A stretch of 62,814 nt of DNA, counting the filler, from Rhabdomonas costata (lineage: Eukaryota): assembly GCA_019059605.1 (NCBI GenBank). It is 16 parts of 16 records of this genome, joined end to end, with 100 filler letters (N's around TTAATTAATTAA, not from the genome) between each part and the next. Parts side by side here need not be neighbours in the genome. Positions count along the whole stretch, not along the records: positions 23,640 to 27,471 come from JAHMHO010000494.1; positions 27,572 to 31,397 come from JAHMHO010000495.1; positions 31,498 to 35,323 come from JAHMHO010000496.1; positions 35,424 to 39,251 come from JAHMHO010000497.1; 12 more parts are not named here. One strand, given 5' to 3'. The stretch's first letter is position 1. Each line of letters begins with the position of its first letter. Shown one piece after another: positions 24,315-37,544 of the stretch. Under the pieces are notes generated by a model, which was given only the letters and a program-made list of their open reading frames with translations, made no database searches and was not told the origin of the DNA. A program made the translations under genes and the position numbers.

Positions 24315-27145
24315 ATGACTCGGTCATGGGCCGTGATTGCTTTTGTGACCCTCTGTATAATGTGCCTTGGAATATTGGCCTGGAAGAAAAGGGAATCTTT
24401 TGAGGTCATCTCCGCAGCTGGGGAGTGTGCCCAATCCGGCTTTGTGGTTACCCTGTTGAACATACTCAAGCGGCATCGTTCTGCTGTTCCGGGTAGCCCT
24501 TCCTCCGTTCCCCTCAGCGTGGGACGGGTACCTGGGAACGAGCCTTCAGGTACCTGTGGCTTTTCGCTCGAAAATACCTTTGCCCAAATGTTGCACTAAT
24601 TTTGATGTTCCACTGATCGAACTGTTCTCTGTCTGGCATTTTTCACAGCTCGTCAGTCTTTTTGTGAATGCACAAACTACTGCCTCAACCGGACTTAAGA
24701 GAGCGGGAGAATGGGAACGGGGCAGGGTGAGGGGGTTTGACTGAACTTAAGGTCAGTCAGCTGGTCATTCCGTTTGGTGTATGAATCGAACGCTATCGAA
24801 ACGCTACTGACTTTGTGCAGCGCTGTTCCAAAAGTGCATTTGATTTGTGATGAGTGTTGAAAATGCCATTCGTTTCGTTCGCCTTCAATTGTTTCATTTG
24901 GCACTCATCGTTTTCGCTCACCAATCAATTTCTCTGCGTTCCATCCACTACCTCTTCTTGAATCCCCAAAAGTTCAGTTTCATTCCAGTCACGTCTTGCC
25001 CCCATCACCCAAAGTCTTAAGCTCTACAACAACATGGGGGGGGGGGTGCTTTGGAGCATTGGGCCACTACTCCAATGCATGTCCAGAGTTGACGATCTGT
25101 TTCCGTGGATTTCAATTTAGGTGTTGCTTTGGATTCAAAGCTGGGCTCTTCGGCCATCACAGTGCCGGGCAGTCCATCCTCAAGGCTGAGCATGTGGCGG
25201 CTGCCTATTTCCGGGGATCCTTTTTCGCGTACGTCGAACCAGCTGGCGGTGGTCACTCTGGTTGCGCGGAAGGAGGTGGTTCCATCTGCAGTTCTTTCTC
25301 TTATCGCTTCTCTAGGACGAGACATGGCCCCTTCAAGGTCCCATTTGGCCCTTTTTAGGGCATTTTCGACTTCGAGAACTTTTCTCAGGCCCGGGGTGCA
25401 CTTTTCGGACCTTTGCAGGCGTGCATACTGAGCCTAAGCTTCTGGCCTGGCCTGCTTAGCATATTGTTATGCATAGCGGCTGTAATTCAAGAGGGTGGAT
25501 GCTGACAAAGCTCTTCTTTGGCTCTTCTTGTTTCACCCCTTCTCTTCCTTCTGAATGGGTTGCTGACCCTTTCCCCATAGGAGCTCAAGGAGAAAAAGCC
25601 TACCACTCCGGACATGCTGGTCTGTATCGTTGCCACCCACATGGTTGGTGTGCGGCACCGCGCGGGCATCGGTCCCGAGATCGCGGACTACGTGGTGATG
25701 CACGACCACACGATGAGGCCGTACCGCAGCAACTTCTCCAGCATGGGGGTATGGTGGGGGGAAGCGCACCAGCCTATGAGGCCGTTTTGCGTAGCGCGCA
25801 ATGTGGTCTGGCTCGAGATGATGACGAGGGGCATTTGCGAGGATTAAAAGAAGAGGAAGCGGAGGTTTTTGGACCGTCTCGTCTTGGAAAGGTTTATGAT
25901 GGGGCTTGAGCTCCGGTGCCTTGGCGACCAAGTACCGTGATAATGAAGCACATATCTTTTCAGTATGGGGCTTCTGCCCAATGACATATGGTTGTCACTC
26001 GTCGGTGAGAATGCTGACACCACCCCACCCCACCTCTCATTCCCCCCAAGACGTGAAAATAGCTATTCTCCCATTTTTTTTTGAATTTGGAACGACCCTT
26101 TTGCGCGCCGCGGCATTTGTCTCGCACGCGTTGCTTTCTCGTTTGCCTGTGCAGGCCATTCCTGTGGAAGTCCCTACCCTCCTACAGTCTTCGGATCCCA
26201 AGGTCGGGGTGTACTTCCTGAAGATATACGTGGCCAACCTGGCGTACGAGCGGGTGTTGTTCCTGGACGTGGACGTGTTCCTGCAGAGCAGTGCCCGGGC
26301 CTTTCTTGGGATGCTACCGAAGTGGCCGGAGGAGATGCTGTACACCGTGTGGGACTTCTGTGAAAGCTTCAACACCGGTGCAGAAGATTGCCCTACGCCT
26401 CCCAAAGAAACTTCGAGCTTGGTGCTTTTGTTCCTCTTTGAGAAGATGGCCTGTTACCCCCAAATTGTCTCGGTCGCTCGGCAGTAGGCTTGTAAAGGTC
26501 GCCCTATATTTCCGAAACAAACACCAGTCTTGCTTAAGTCCCTCTGTAGGTCTCTCGGTCTTTGTGTGGATGCCCAGGGATCACTTTGCCCAAAGTTCGG
26601 TGAGAACAGAGGAGGGGGCTCCCGTTTCCCCGTTTCCGAAGCGTTGAAGGGAGGGCCACGCGCCTCAGTTGGAGAGGAAAAAAGGAGGGATCTGGTGTTC
26701 CCGATCAAGTCTGTGGGAGGAGTGGCTGATGCTGATCGTGCTTGCAGGAACGCGGAAAGGGCAGCCTCGCCACACTCCGTGATGTGCTGCCGCGGTGGCT
26801 CTATTGGCTCAGTAAAAGAAAGCCCCTCCCCGGAACTCCAGTGGGTGCAACCGTTCCAGTGTTGTACGTGTGAATTTGACGTTTGAAGTGTGAAGTGTGG
26901 AGGAAGAACAAAAAATGAAGGCGACCGAACATCACGGGTATTGCAGCTTCTCTCCGCTCTTAAAGCGCAATCGCGTTTTCCTCGGTCTTTACGTTGAGGT
27001 GCACGCCCCTCCCCCAATAAAAACAGGGGTGATGGTGATGAAGCCCTCTTTGGATGCCTATCTGCTGATGCGGTCCTTGGTGATGAATGGGTCGTTTTCC
27101 CGGGAGCGAGGGTGGAACAATCATGGGCTGTTCAGGCCGACTCAG
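24315..27145 (+). CDS. GT8-like glycosyltransferase (GT-A fold, type II membrane anchor), exons 24315-24549, 25121-25275, 25581-25748, 26155-26377, 27027-27145; 3' part missing
   Basis: N-terminal TM segment (WAVIAFVTLCIMCLGILAW); YERVLFLDVDVF (DxD motif); FNT/GVMVMKPS; all phases consistent. Confidence 0.82.
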
Positions 27146-28251
27146 GTAGGTACCTGGGGTGGAGGACATGATTTTCTTCCTCACCGCTTCCATTTCGGCT
27201 CTCAGAAATAGGGGAGACCTTTACAATCCTCTGCAATCCCATGTGACTGAAAAAAGCTTGAACGAGGTTTACTTCGGTTATATGCTGTTGAGCTTGTCCA
27301 TCGCATAAAAGTGAAATGGTGAGGTCGTCCCCAACACAAATTTAGCTTGAAATGCAGTTTTTCATTTATTTTTTTGCAGTACCCGCGTTGCGTTTTTATT
27401 TCGGCCGGTATCAATTCTAGCCCCCCCACCTGTATGCTCGAGGGTACAGGTGCATACCCCCCTTGTTGCCCNNNNNNNNNNNNNNNNNNNNNNNNNNNNN
27501 NNNNNNNNNNNNNNNTTAATTAATTAANNNNNNNNNNNNNNNNNNNNNNNNNNNNNNNNNNNNNNNNNNNNGGGGTTGTTTTTGTCCCAACATTGACCCA
27601 CGAGGGGAAGCTGAAGAATTATTTGCCTTTTTAGGATCCTTTTTATTTTGTGATTTGTCCATCATGAATTCAAAAAGACTTAAAAACACTGGTGGAAGCT
27701 ACAGCATTGAAATGGCCAGCCCCATATCTCCTGCAAATTTCGTGAATTTCCTGGGCATGCGTTAAACAGTGCAGAGGTGTAAGGGTGGGGAAAGAGGGAC
27801 GGCAGCGGACATGAAGTGAAAGTGAGAGGAGCCAAGCTTTGGCATGGTTCTGGAATGTTGTGTGTACGTGTATTTAGACCCTGTCGTCCGATGCCTGGCA
27901 GTCCGGGCGAAGTACCCCCGCATAGCGATGATTTACTCTAAAGGAACATACAAAATCCTGAAGAGACCGTCCCTCCTTTAAGGTACACTGGTAAATTCAC
28001 CCTCCATCAAATCATAATGACATAAATCGCGGTGTGTGTGACTCCAATAGTCAGGAAATTAGGGCGCACAGACATAAAATAAATTTGTGCTATCAACGGT
28101 GTTAACCATCGAAACTTTGTTTTTGTGTACAACGAGGTCAATTGAAGCTTCTCTTTCTCTCTCTCTCTCTCTTCGATTTATCAAGTCAGGGTTTTTAACC
28201 GTCAGGGAATGTGGGTTTCTCTTTTTCTGTGCCGTGGTGGGGCTGTCTCAG

Positions 28252-29631
28252 CAAACGCGACGACCTGCCACAGTACAGGGTACACCTGCCCCTCGGGATT
28301 CTCCGCGAACAGTAGCAGCAGCGACGTCGCGTGCCCGGGCCAGTCGTGCACAAGGGGCCACTGCTGCATCGGTGCGCACCGCAGTGCCTGCACTCGTTGG
28401 CTTTAATATATCTCGACCGCCTCCTTCCCTTCTTCCCTTTCCACCCACTGGACCGCTCTTGCTCGTCTGTCTGGATCGTGAAAGGGACCAGCGCCACCAA
28501 AGGGAGCACCTCCAACTGCAAACCTGCCTCCACTTTTTGACGCTCGGGAGGAAAGGCAAGCTGAACGTCCCCGCATGTTTTTCGGGGGTGCATCTACAGA
28601 AGATTGAGGAAAGTTTCAAGGAGTCACTTCAGTGCAGAAAAATTGAGACGATGGCGAAGTTGCTGCCCTGTGTGTGCTGGTGAGTTTGGTGTGTGGGTGG
28701 GCCGCTGTAGCGAACCCGACGTGCGCGAGCAGTGGCTACACGTGCCCCCGGGTGTTCATCTCGTCGCCCGCCTCGGTGTGCTCCTCGCTGAGCTGCAGTT
28801 GGGCCGACTGCTGCGCCGGTTTGTGCCTGTGTGCTCGGGCACTTGGATTTTGTAATGCGCCTCCCTTCTCGAATGAAGGCAGTGCGATTGAGGCTATTAG
28901 GCATCTCTGCCTCCGTTGGCTGACGCCCTATTTGTGCTGTTTGTGGCAGCAGCTTGTTGGCGCGCAATTGCACTAGGAAAGTGACCTGGGACTTCGCCCT
29001 TAACTCCCGCGCTCACAGAACTCGCAGAGACAGACTGCTTCGACATCTAAAGCAAACAATAAAAAGCGCACCGCAAAAAACTCAATGGCACCTTCAGCTC
29101 AGAAGGAGAGATGACGGAGATACCCCGACACTTTCCTGGTTCATCACACAAACGCACCCTGGACAAACAGCACAGCTCGGAGCGTGCTGTTGTGGAGATG
29201 CAGGGGTTTGGGTCTAGTGTAATAGGTTGTGCTGCTTCTGCACATGCAGGAGACCTGATCTCTGAGGCGAGCAAGATGATTCGTGCCATTCTTCTCACGG
29301 TTTGTATGCCCTCCATTCTTGTGTTTGGAGGAACTCCTTTTCGAGAGTTGGGGAGGGATGAATGAAGCGGAAGGTATTGACAGATGAAAACAAATGAGCT
29401 GGGATCCCAAGTAAAAACATCAGCTTTTTTTTCGGGACTTGTCAGTCAAAGGAGCTTGGTGGGCACCACGGGGACAGGGCAAGTGTGCCAACACTGGTTT
29501 GTGCATACGTTTGCGCGAGGGGGCGCTGCTTGCGATGTGTATGACGTTTGGTTGCACAGGATTGTACCGCTGGGATTACTCAGCTTGAGTTCCGGGTGAA
29601 CGTCGCCAGGGCCTTGGGGGTCCCTGTGGAG
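28252..29631 (+). CDS. Cys-rich modular, probably extracellular protein; exons 28252-28371, 28711-28818, 29250-29299, 29560-29631
   Basis: Two homologous phase 1-1 exons TC.S.GYTCP...C...SC....CC, followed in phase by DLISEASKMIRAILLT/DCTAGITQLEFRVNVARALGVPVE. Confidence 0.7.
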
Positions 29632-29721
29632 GTGTGCCCACCGTGCATTCACACGCGGTCTATTGATTCCCGGGTGTACGACCACCATGGAACACGACGT
29701 TCTTGTATCGCAACAGGCAAC

Positions 29722-29931
29722 TCAGTGCTTCAATATTTTACATTTAACCACTGGAATGGAATTACAAGTTGACTTCAGATAATACAGGTCAAAGGAGTAC
29801 TGCGGCTCCCCGCGCGGCCGAAGCTCCTCCTCTGCGGCGGCCTCAATCAGAAGCTGCTCGTACTCGTCCCACATCACGACAGGGTCAGGGGTGCTGGAAC
29901 TGGACTGCTCCATCACAGGAGCCACCGTGTC
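29722..29931 (-). CDS. Isolated exon of an unknown acidic protein
   Basis: AG-preceded frame DTVAPVMEQ...WDEYEQLLIEAAAEEELRP with strongly GC3-biased codons; terminal or internal status unclear. Confidence 0.5.
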   Translation of the reverse strand, partial: DTVAPVMEQSSSSTPDPVVMWDEYEQLLIEAAAEEELRPRGEPQYSFDLYYLKSTCNSIPVVKCKILKH

Positions 29932-30712
29932 CTACTTCCTGACAGACAGGCACGCACGCAAGTAGGTACACACATACCCAAAGGCCTCTTAGTCATTAAT
30001 CACCTTCGCAGAAGTTTGACAGAAGCACAGGTGGCTTCGCAGTCACATTTCCCATTCTATCCACGTCTGCCAAGCCACCAAACTTTCAAACGCCCACCCA
30101 AGGGGATCATAGGCTGCTCCTTACATTCATCTTCTATCCTGCTCCGCCCCCGCCCCCCGCACTTGCTCGCCACTCCGATCCGTAGGGGAGTGCGCGGCGA
30201 GGGAGGGGGGAAGGGCGTTAAACGCTTAAAACCCGTTTAATGGAATATTAATCCTAAAAAAAACTCTGCATCCAGGAGGCAGTATAACAGTATACCTTAC
30301 CCGCGGGGAAATAACGTCATCTAGTAGTGGAGACGGGCGCACTTTACCTTACCCCTGTGCTCGGAAAATAATTAATACTTCCCCGAAACATGAAAAAAAA
30401 ATATGTTCGACGGTGTCAACACCAGAAGTCAAATTGCTTGAAGTGGCATCCGTTGGTATCTGTGGCATCCTTGACTCTCGCCCACACGTGATCACAATCG
30501 CAAATGTGTTCCAGTTTCCCGCACAGGAAGTGACAAAAAGAAATTTTTCCCGTCTGTAAAAGAAAACAATTGCAGGACAACTTTGCGAATATAATAAGGA
30601 GTAAACAAAAAATTTCTCCTCCAGCTCCTCCAGTAAAGTGGGGCTTGAGGTTGGGTTACGATTAACGACAGAGTACAGCAAGTGAGAAAGGAGAACCTGG
30701 GGTGCAACACAC

Positions 30713-30807
30713 TGCTCGGACAGGGAGAATGCGGACTGGAAGATCTTGCTAAGGGCTGTCTCTAGCATCCCAACCGTGGCGAACGCCCAGCAGCCCCAGC
30801 AGGAGCC
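30713..30807 (-). CDS. Papain-family (C1A) cysteine protease exon containing the catalytic Cys
   Basis: GSCWGCWAFATVGMLETALSKIFQSAFSLSEQ (cf. QGSCGSCWAF...LSEQ), bounded by AG and GT; no neighbouring exons found. Confidence 0.8.
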
Positions 30808-31497
30808 CTTTGCCCCACAAGAGCAATCCCATTTCACCCCCAACTCCGGCAGATTTTAGCTACGAAACGAAAAGTGTCCCCCGCTCACAGAGAGCTACTC
30901 AGAGTGGACCGAAAAGATAGTCGGCATACCGCAGACGCAGGAGACTCTGGTACTGTGCCCATAAAATTATAGCAGAAGCGGAGTGGCGATCGAGATGTGC
31001 GCTGGGTGAATCGAATTCGCTGTGACTGGAAAGTCGAGCGTGAACTAAGCATACCGTAAGGTATTAATGATGGATCAGTGCAATTAGTGGATCAATGTAT
31101 GAACCCCCTCCCTCCCATGGCACGTCTCCCGGCCACGACGCGGGCTGGCCTCCGCCCCTAAAAGAGTTGGGCTTCATTTCCATTTCTTGACCCGTGATTG
31201 TGTGAGCCAGGCTGTGTGCACCGCGCCTGCATGTGCACGTAGCTTTCCACCATAGTTGGGTAATAAAATGAAAATATGCGATGTAAAAATGCATCGCTAA
31301 TGTCCGGATTTCATGGGCCAGTAGATTCAGTGAACATATGAAAAATGAACCTCAGTACTTTCAGCACTACAAATTACACCCCACACCACCAACAAAANNN
31401 NNNNNNNNNNNNNNNNNNNNNNNNNNNNNNNNNNNNNNNNNTTAATTAATTAANNNNNNNNNNNNNNNNNNNNNNNNNNNNNNNNNNNNNNNNNNNN

Positions 31498-33085
31498 GGG
31501 GGGTGGTGGTCACCGGGTACGTAAACCCCGGGATACTGAGCACGGGGCAGCGGTGGAAGTACCGCGAGAACAGAGAGGCGTTAAAGGTCGCGCTCATTAG
31601 GATCACCCGCAGAGAGGAGTTCTTCTCCAGCAGTTCTTTCAGGACCTGCGCCCCAGAGAAAAAAGGCAGAGGAGGGGTTGCGTAGATTGGCAAGAAGTGG
31701 GAATAACCTCATCTACAGGGGGGCTGATAACACCACAGCAGAGTGCAGGCAACATTGAAAACGAAGAGGTGAGCATAGGGAACAATAAAGCAGCCGAGGC
31801 GAACTCTGCCGACGACACCAGCACCACGGACTCCGCGTTGAAGCCATTTATTTTCAAATCAGAAAAGCACACAAAAGCACAGTTTTGTAGCGCTAACCGT
31901 TCAACGCGCCCACCCAATACCACAGTGTTCACATTTTCTGGATCGGAAACAACATTCGACTGCCCACAGATGCACACATACGATCAGAAGGAAGTCGGTG
32001 AAAATGTCCCTCTCGTGCACTTCATCAATGATCACGTGAGACACCCCGGCCAGCAAGCGGTCAAACTGAAGCCGCCGCAGCAGGATACCTTTTTTGCATT
32101 TGCGCGTACGATGCAGCCTAAGGCGGGTATCGAAAGCAGCGTTTGACGTCTGCTGAAGCTTCCCAATCGTCAATCAAAAGCTCCTGCCATGGACGTTCTT
32201 CTTCAAATCCTCGTCCTAAAGGACATTTAATCACGCAAACCCTCACTTTATTGGACATAAACATAGTAAGAGACCTTTTACCCAAACACCGCAGGAGTTT
32301 TTGATCGCGGAAGTTTCACCACATCTAAACTTCCAAATCAAGACAGACACAAACGAGCAGCGAGATAGCGCCCCCCCCATGAGGCGTCACACCTGTGGTG
32401 CAGAAGAGAATGCTGCCTACGCCGCGGGGCGGGCAAGCGTCATGGCGGATCTGGAAGCCCACGCTGGTGCCCATTGCCTCCCCGCGCTCTTGGGCAACCC
32501 GCTCCGCAACTCCTGCAAGGTAGCGGGAAGAGAAACGGTGTCCACCGGTGGTTTCTGAATTTGCTCGGCGCACGTGCAGGAGATAGCGCTCAGAAAGGAG
32601 ACTATCTTTGCTTGTTCGACCCTGAGTCTTGCAATCAATCGAAGGCTACCTTGGCCTTGGCGAGGTGGGTGAGATCATCCTTGCTTCCCAGCCCCCGATG
32701 CACTGTGCCCACACCCAAACAGCCTGACCGCAGCTCTTTTTTTAAGTGCAGAATTTTTATCGACCTGACGCTGTAACGACAGCAAAAATCTCCTCGTCCT
32801 TGGAGGGCCGAGGACACATGAAGAAACGACAGAGACGGATTCACTTCTATGAGCCGCACTTTTACCAGATCAAGCTGCACCACCAGGTCGTTCACCTACT
32901 GGCGTGCGGGTTTGCCGTTAGCGAGCAAAGAAGTGGTGGGGCCGGGGTCACAGAAAGCCCAATGCAACCGTTCACACGCGGAACAACAAACCCACAGCAG
33001 CAATGCGGCGAGGCTGAGTCACGATGATGTTGCACCCAGCCGCATCCCCAGCCTGGATGAAGTCGTCCAGCAAGTACTGTGGCAC
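31498..33085 (-). CDS. DEAH/RHA-family RNA helicase (DHX36/DHX57/YTHDC2-like), internal exons 33085-32992, 32512-32393, 32088-31982, 31645-contig start
   Basis: [65 protein letters not shown]; phases consistent. Confidence 0.93.
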
Positions 33086-33321
33086 CTGAACCACGCGGAA
33101 ATGGGGAACACAACCTCAACAGCCTTCCGTGGGGAGAGAAAAAAGAGCGTGCATCCACACACAGCTTTTCAGAAATCCATAATCTCGGAATGGGCATTTC
33201 AAAAATGCACGCAGGGTACATCACACTAAACAAGAAAAGTCTGCTGCTAATGTTGTGGACAGCTCCTTCCATCACGACAGAGGGTTGCGGGCCTGAGCCA
33301 GCGGGGTCGGGCTCGGAATAC

Positions 33322-35188
33322 ATGGAGGTGGTGTGCATTCACCTGAGGAGGGACGTGGACTCCGCCGCGGTGCCTGTGCTTTTGCTGCGGCGGTGGCTGA
33401 AGGGCGGAGAGATCGCTGTGGTGGTGCAGCGCATTCGCAGTGAGATGGCACGACTGAGTCCCACCCGCACCCCGCTAAGCGAGCCTTTTGCGCTGGCCCG
33501 CGAAGGTCGCTGTCAGTTTTTCTTCTTTGGTGGTGGTTGTTTCACCCCTCGCCCGTACAGCGCCCGGCGTTTTATGGTTTAATGCATTACCAGACCCAAT
33601 GACCTTTCTCTTTCGCTCCCTGAGCGTCTTCTTCGCTGTAATCAACAACAACTCTTCCATTTTGATAGAGGAAAGCGCGCAAGCAAATGCTGCTCCAGAT
33701 GCTCCAAATGCTGCTCCTCGCCCTCTTTCCGGCAGCAATCGACCTAACGAGCGAATCATCTCCTTCCACAGTGCCGTTCTGTGAGGTTGAAGATGGTGCC
33801 ACTTACCTTGTGACCAGTATGTGCCCCCCCCCGTTGCTGACCTTTGCTCTCCGCTGCTTCCCTTTTCATCCTCTCTCAACCTCGTCTAATGGCGGAAATG
33901 TGGGAAGTTGCTCCGATGCGTTTGCTGAGATTCACAACAGCACCAAAATTGAGAGTGCTGGTCGTGGTGAATGGCATGCAGGGGGACAAGAGGGAGAACG
34001 AAAGGTGAAGTGTGGCGCGTGCAGAAGTGCGCCCTGCCCAGCTCAGATTCCTTGCGTCCCTTTTTTGAATGTGGGAATCGTTTGTATGGTTCCCCTTCCG
34101 ATTCGTTGTTTTGCAGGCTGTCGCCAGCAGTCAGAGGTGGGAAGTTTCCCTGGGCTGAACTACAAGACCTTGGTTCCCCTGGTGGGCATCAACAAGGCTG
34201 CCCTCTCCAAGGCCGAGACGTGCCGCCTGTGGGTGCTGCTTAAGTCCCTGGACCAGCCCGACAGGCCCTCCATAAAGCTCTCCATCCGAAGCGCCAAGGG
34301 CATTTGTGTGTCTGCTCGACTGTGTGTCTGTCTGTGTGTGTGGCCGTCTTTGTTGTCACACTCTCCCCAAGATAAACACGGCATCTCTTCACTGTGAGTC
34401 ACAAGCTGCATTCAGCACTCAAGGAAATGGCCACCGATTCTACTGAGAGGCGATTGCTATTGGACAGGGAGGTCTTCCCCCATCCCCCAGCCTACTGCTG
34501 GTGCCAAATAGAGTCCGACTATGTCTCCCACCATTGCACCATAAAAGCCAACTTGGTGTAAAGCGTACGTTTTCCGATGACGTGGTGTTCTTTTTCCGCT
34601 TTATTGGGTTGTTTTGATACCAAATAGTTTATAACTACTATAGACTTTAACTTTGGTGGCTCTAGTCACTTTTGGGTTGTGCGCTTCGCTAGAGTTTCTG
34701 CTGGCTCGTCTGGATACCCACCAGATCTTCCTCACTACGGTGATTGCCCGCTTTGTGGACCGGTGTGATCCAGTGGATGCTCCTCTTTTCTTTTGCCGTT
34801 TGCATCACTGTTTTTATGTGTCTCTTTTGAATCACTTTCTTTTTTGTGGTACTTACGCCAGATTTTTATCATGCTGTTTCAACAATCGCACAGTGGAACA
34901 AGAGGTTGACCCGCTCGTCCATACAACGCCTTTCCCTGCTGAATTTAAGCAGTCTCGGATGGGAAGCACAGATTTCGCGGTGCAAAAGCACCGCTCCACG
35001 CTCTTTTTAGACTGACCCCTCCTCTCACATTACATCTCTCCTGCAGCTGCGACGACCCCGAGGCTCTGGTAAACCTCCTTGCCGTGCTCTCGGATGTGTT
35101 GTTCCGGCGCATCCAGGGCGGGCTGCTGGAGTCCACCGAGCACCTGGTGGTGACCACGCCCTACCTCTGCGCCTGTGTCCACCGCAAG
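33322..35188 (+). CDS. Uncharacterised protein, exons 33322-33505, 33772-33816, 34117-34299, 34693-34762, 35047-35188; 3' part missing
   Basis: ATG plus five exons joining in phase (1,1,1,2) without stops; one GC donor at 34300; GC3-rich. Confidence 0.7.
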
Positions 35189-36003
35189 GTCCCCCCGGCG
35201 TTCCGGAAGCGAGTCTGGCAGGTTGAACTCCCACCTGCTCCAAACAGATGATGCAGGCAGACCGTGGGACTCCTCTTTGTCCCCTTTCCAAGATCGCCTT
35301 CCCGCAACCACCCAACCCCCCCCNNNNNNNNNNNNNNNNNNNNNNNNNNNNNNNNNNNNNNNNNNNNTTAATTAATTAANNNNNNNNNNNNNNNNNNNNN
35401 NNNNNNNNNNNNNNNNNNNNNNNAGGCAAGCCAGGGATTCTCGCTTCTTCCCGTCTTGGTTCCGTTTTGTTTCCGTCTTGGATCTCTGTTGAGGGTTTAA
35501 AATGAGTGTTTCAATACACTCGATTCCTAGTGTTCCCAGCTTCCCTATGTCTTTGCGTCGCGGAATTTTCGCGTTCCGTTTTAGTCTGGCTTTGCTCAAG
35601 GATATGGGACCTGTTTCTCTGCACGTTGCCAAACACCTTCCCTCTTGGACCCGTGCCTTCCATTGTTCCTGCTCTCAGGGAATCGCTCAGACTTGACCTT
35701 TACCAATGAAAGCACGCAAAATGCTCAGGTACTCCTCCCCGTTTATTTTTGTCACCAATTGCGATTGTCTTCTTTTGCCTACACATGATATTCCAACAGG
35801 GCTGCAGTTTTGGCTTCCTTCCTCACGTGTATTGGGTCGGCATTGGGTTTCCTGCGTTTCATCCATCCCACCCGCTCACCAACTTGTGTCGTTTTAGGTT
35901 GCAAGATAAAATGCAGAAAGAGTTCTGCGTCCTTTTTGTTCGCGCAGGGCAAAGTGGCAGGCGCTTCGGAGCTTGTCTTTCCTGTGCTGCCTTCGTTGCT
36001 CAG

Positions 36004-36136
36004 CCTTAGCCCTGAAACTCTCCGGCTCTTATCGCAGTATGAGGCTGCGCTGGAGAAGTCTCTGGCCATGCACCGCGCAGCTTCGGCTCTCCAGAGGGCG
36101 TGGAGGAGAAGCCGGAAGAATGCAAATGAAACATGA
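36004..36136 (+). CDS. Probable terminal exon with an IQ-like motif
   Basis: HRAASALQRAWRR followed by TGA. Confidence 0.4.
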
Positions 36137-37544
36137 TGGTCCACAGAAAGTTATTGCCCCCCCAAAGCCCTGCACTTTGCCCGGACGGGTTGCCCAGTAA
36201 CTGGATGTTGTTCTGCAGTGTCCACGAGGTCAACTGTGGTGATCACCACGAGCGCGAGTTCAGAAAACCTGTCATTAGGAATTTGGGCAGACGAAATACG
36301 GGGTACCGTGATGAGATACGCAATGACCCTTCGCGACCGGAGTATCCTCCCTGCTGCCATTGTATTGTATTGTATTTCGGTTGACTAAGGTGTCTACGCC
36401 GACGCTTAACCCCAGTTACCGCGCAGGGGTGCCAGGATGGGGCCCAAGCATCGTTCTCGTCTTTATCCCTCATTGGATGTGAGGCGCAACCCGATCGAAG
36501 ATGCTGCTTTGCTTCTGCCAAGCGTGCGGCTGGATGCTGCCTGAAATCGCCCGGGAGGAGTTCCCCACTCTCCCGACTGGAATGGAAGGAGCTCGGGGCT
36601 TCGGGGTTGAGGTCCACATGTGCCTTCATGCAGCAGGTGTGCGAGTTCCAGCACCGCGTCACAGGTGAATGTTGCTGGGTCCTGCCACCAACCTGAAATA
36701 GACACCGATCACACACCCGACCCACGACGCAGAAATGCAAGCGCTGACGGCATCCTGTTTCTTTCAGAAGCTTATGCTCTGAAGAAGGTAAGCAACAGGA
36801 TCGGGGGTGTGGGAAGAAAAGACCTTGCTCGCTCGCCATTCGCCATTTCCAGCTGGCGTGCATGCTGATCGAGTGATACTGTCGTCAGCAGTGCTTCGTT
36901 TTTCAGTTCCATCGAATGCAATGGAGCGTGCGTGAATGTTATCGGCAAAGGTGGGAGTGTTGCGTTTTTCCGTGTGTTGCTGACTTCTGAGAACTGTGAC
37001 CCTAACCCGTGCCCTGTATGCTAGTGCGAACGTAAAGAGGACATGAGATATGGCAAACGGCAGAGAAAGAGGTAGAGGGCACGAGAGGACATCGTGCCAA
37101 GGTGTCTATGGGCGGGAGCTGGATTGAGCACTAAATGAAGGAAAATGGCACAAACAAAAGAAACAAAGAAAACAAAGTTGAAAAGGAGATGATGAGAATG
37201 TACGGGAAGTGGAACGGGTGCTTCGCAGCAACGCTCCGCACTTGATTCAGAAAGGTCATGGTTAAAAAGAAATGTAACAGTGCGACGTGGCAGGTGGCAG
37301 GAAACGTCAGGTGGAAACAAGCCACTCCAAGAATGAATGAGGAATCATACTGTGCCTCGCCGATTTCCCTCATTCCCTTTGACAGAAAAAGCGCGCACAC
37401 GCAAAATTCAAATTGATCGATTTCCCACCGGCAAATTACAAGTTAAACTTTTGTTACAGTTTCCACCACCAATATGCAGCCACCACCGCAAATGCCTGCG
37501 TGACTTTTCAGCGTCTCTTTTCTGCTTGATCAATACAATCAAGT

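Noticed and set aside
34465..34500. Minus-strand GGWGKTS as the missing helicase Walker A exon
   Set aside because: Does not match G.TG.GKTTQ and lacks exon borders and coding bias
36540..36790. Kinase-like HRVT/EAYALKK from a possible 20-nt micro-exon
   Set aside because: No Gly-rich loop or downstream kinase motifs found; too short to support
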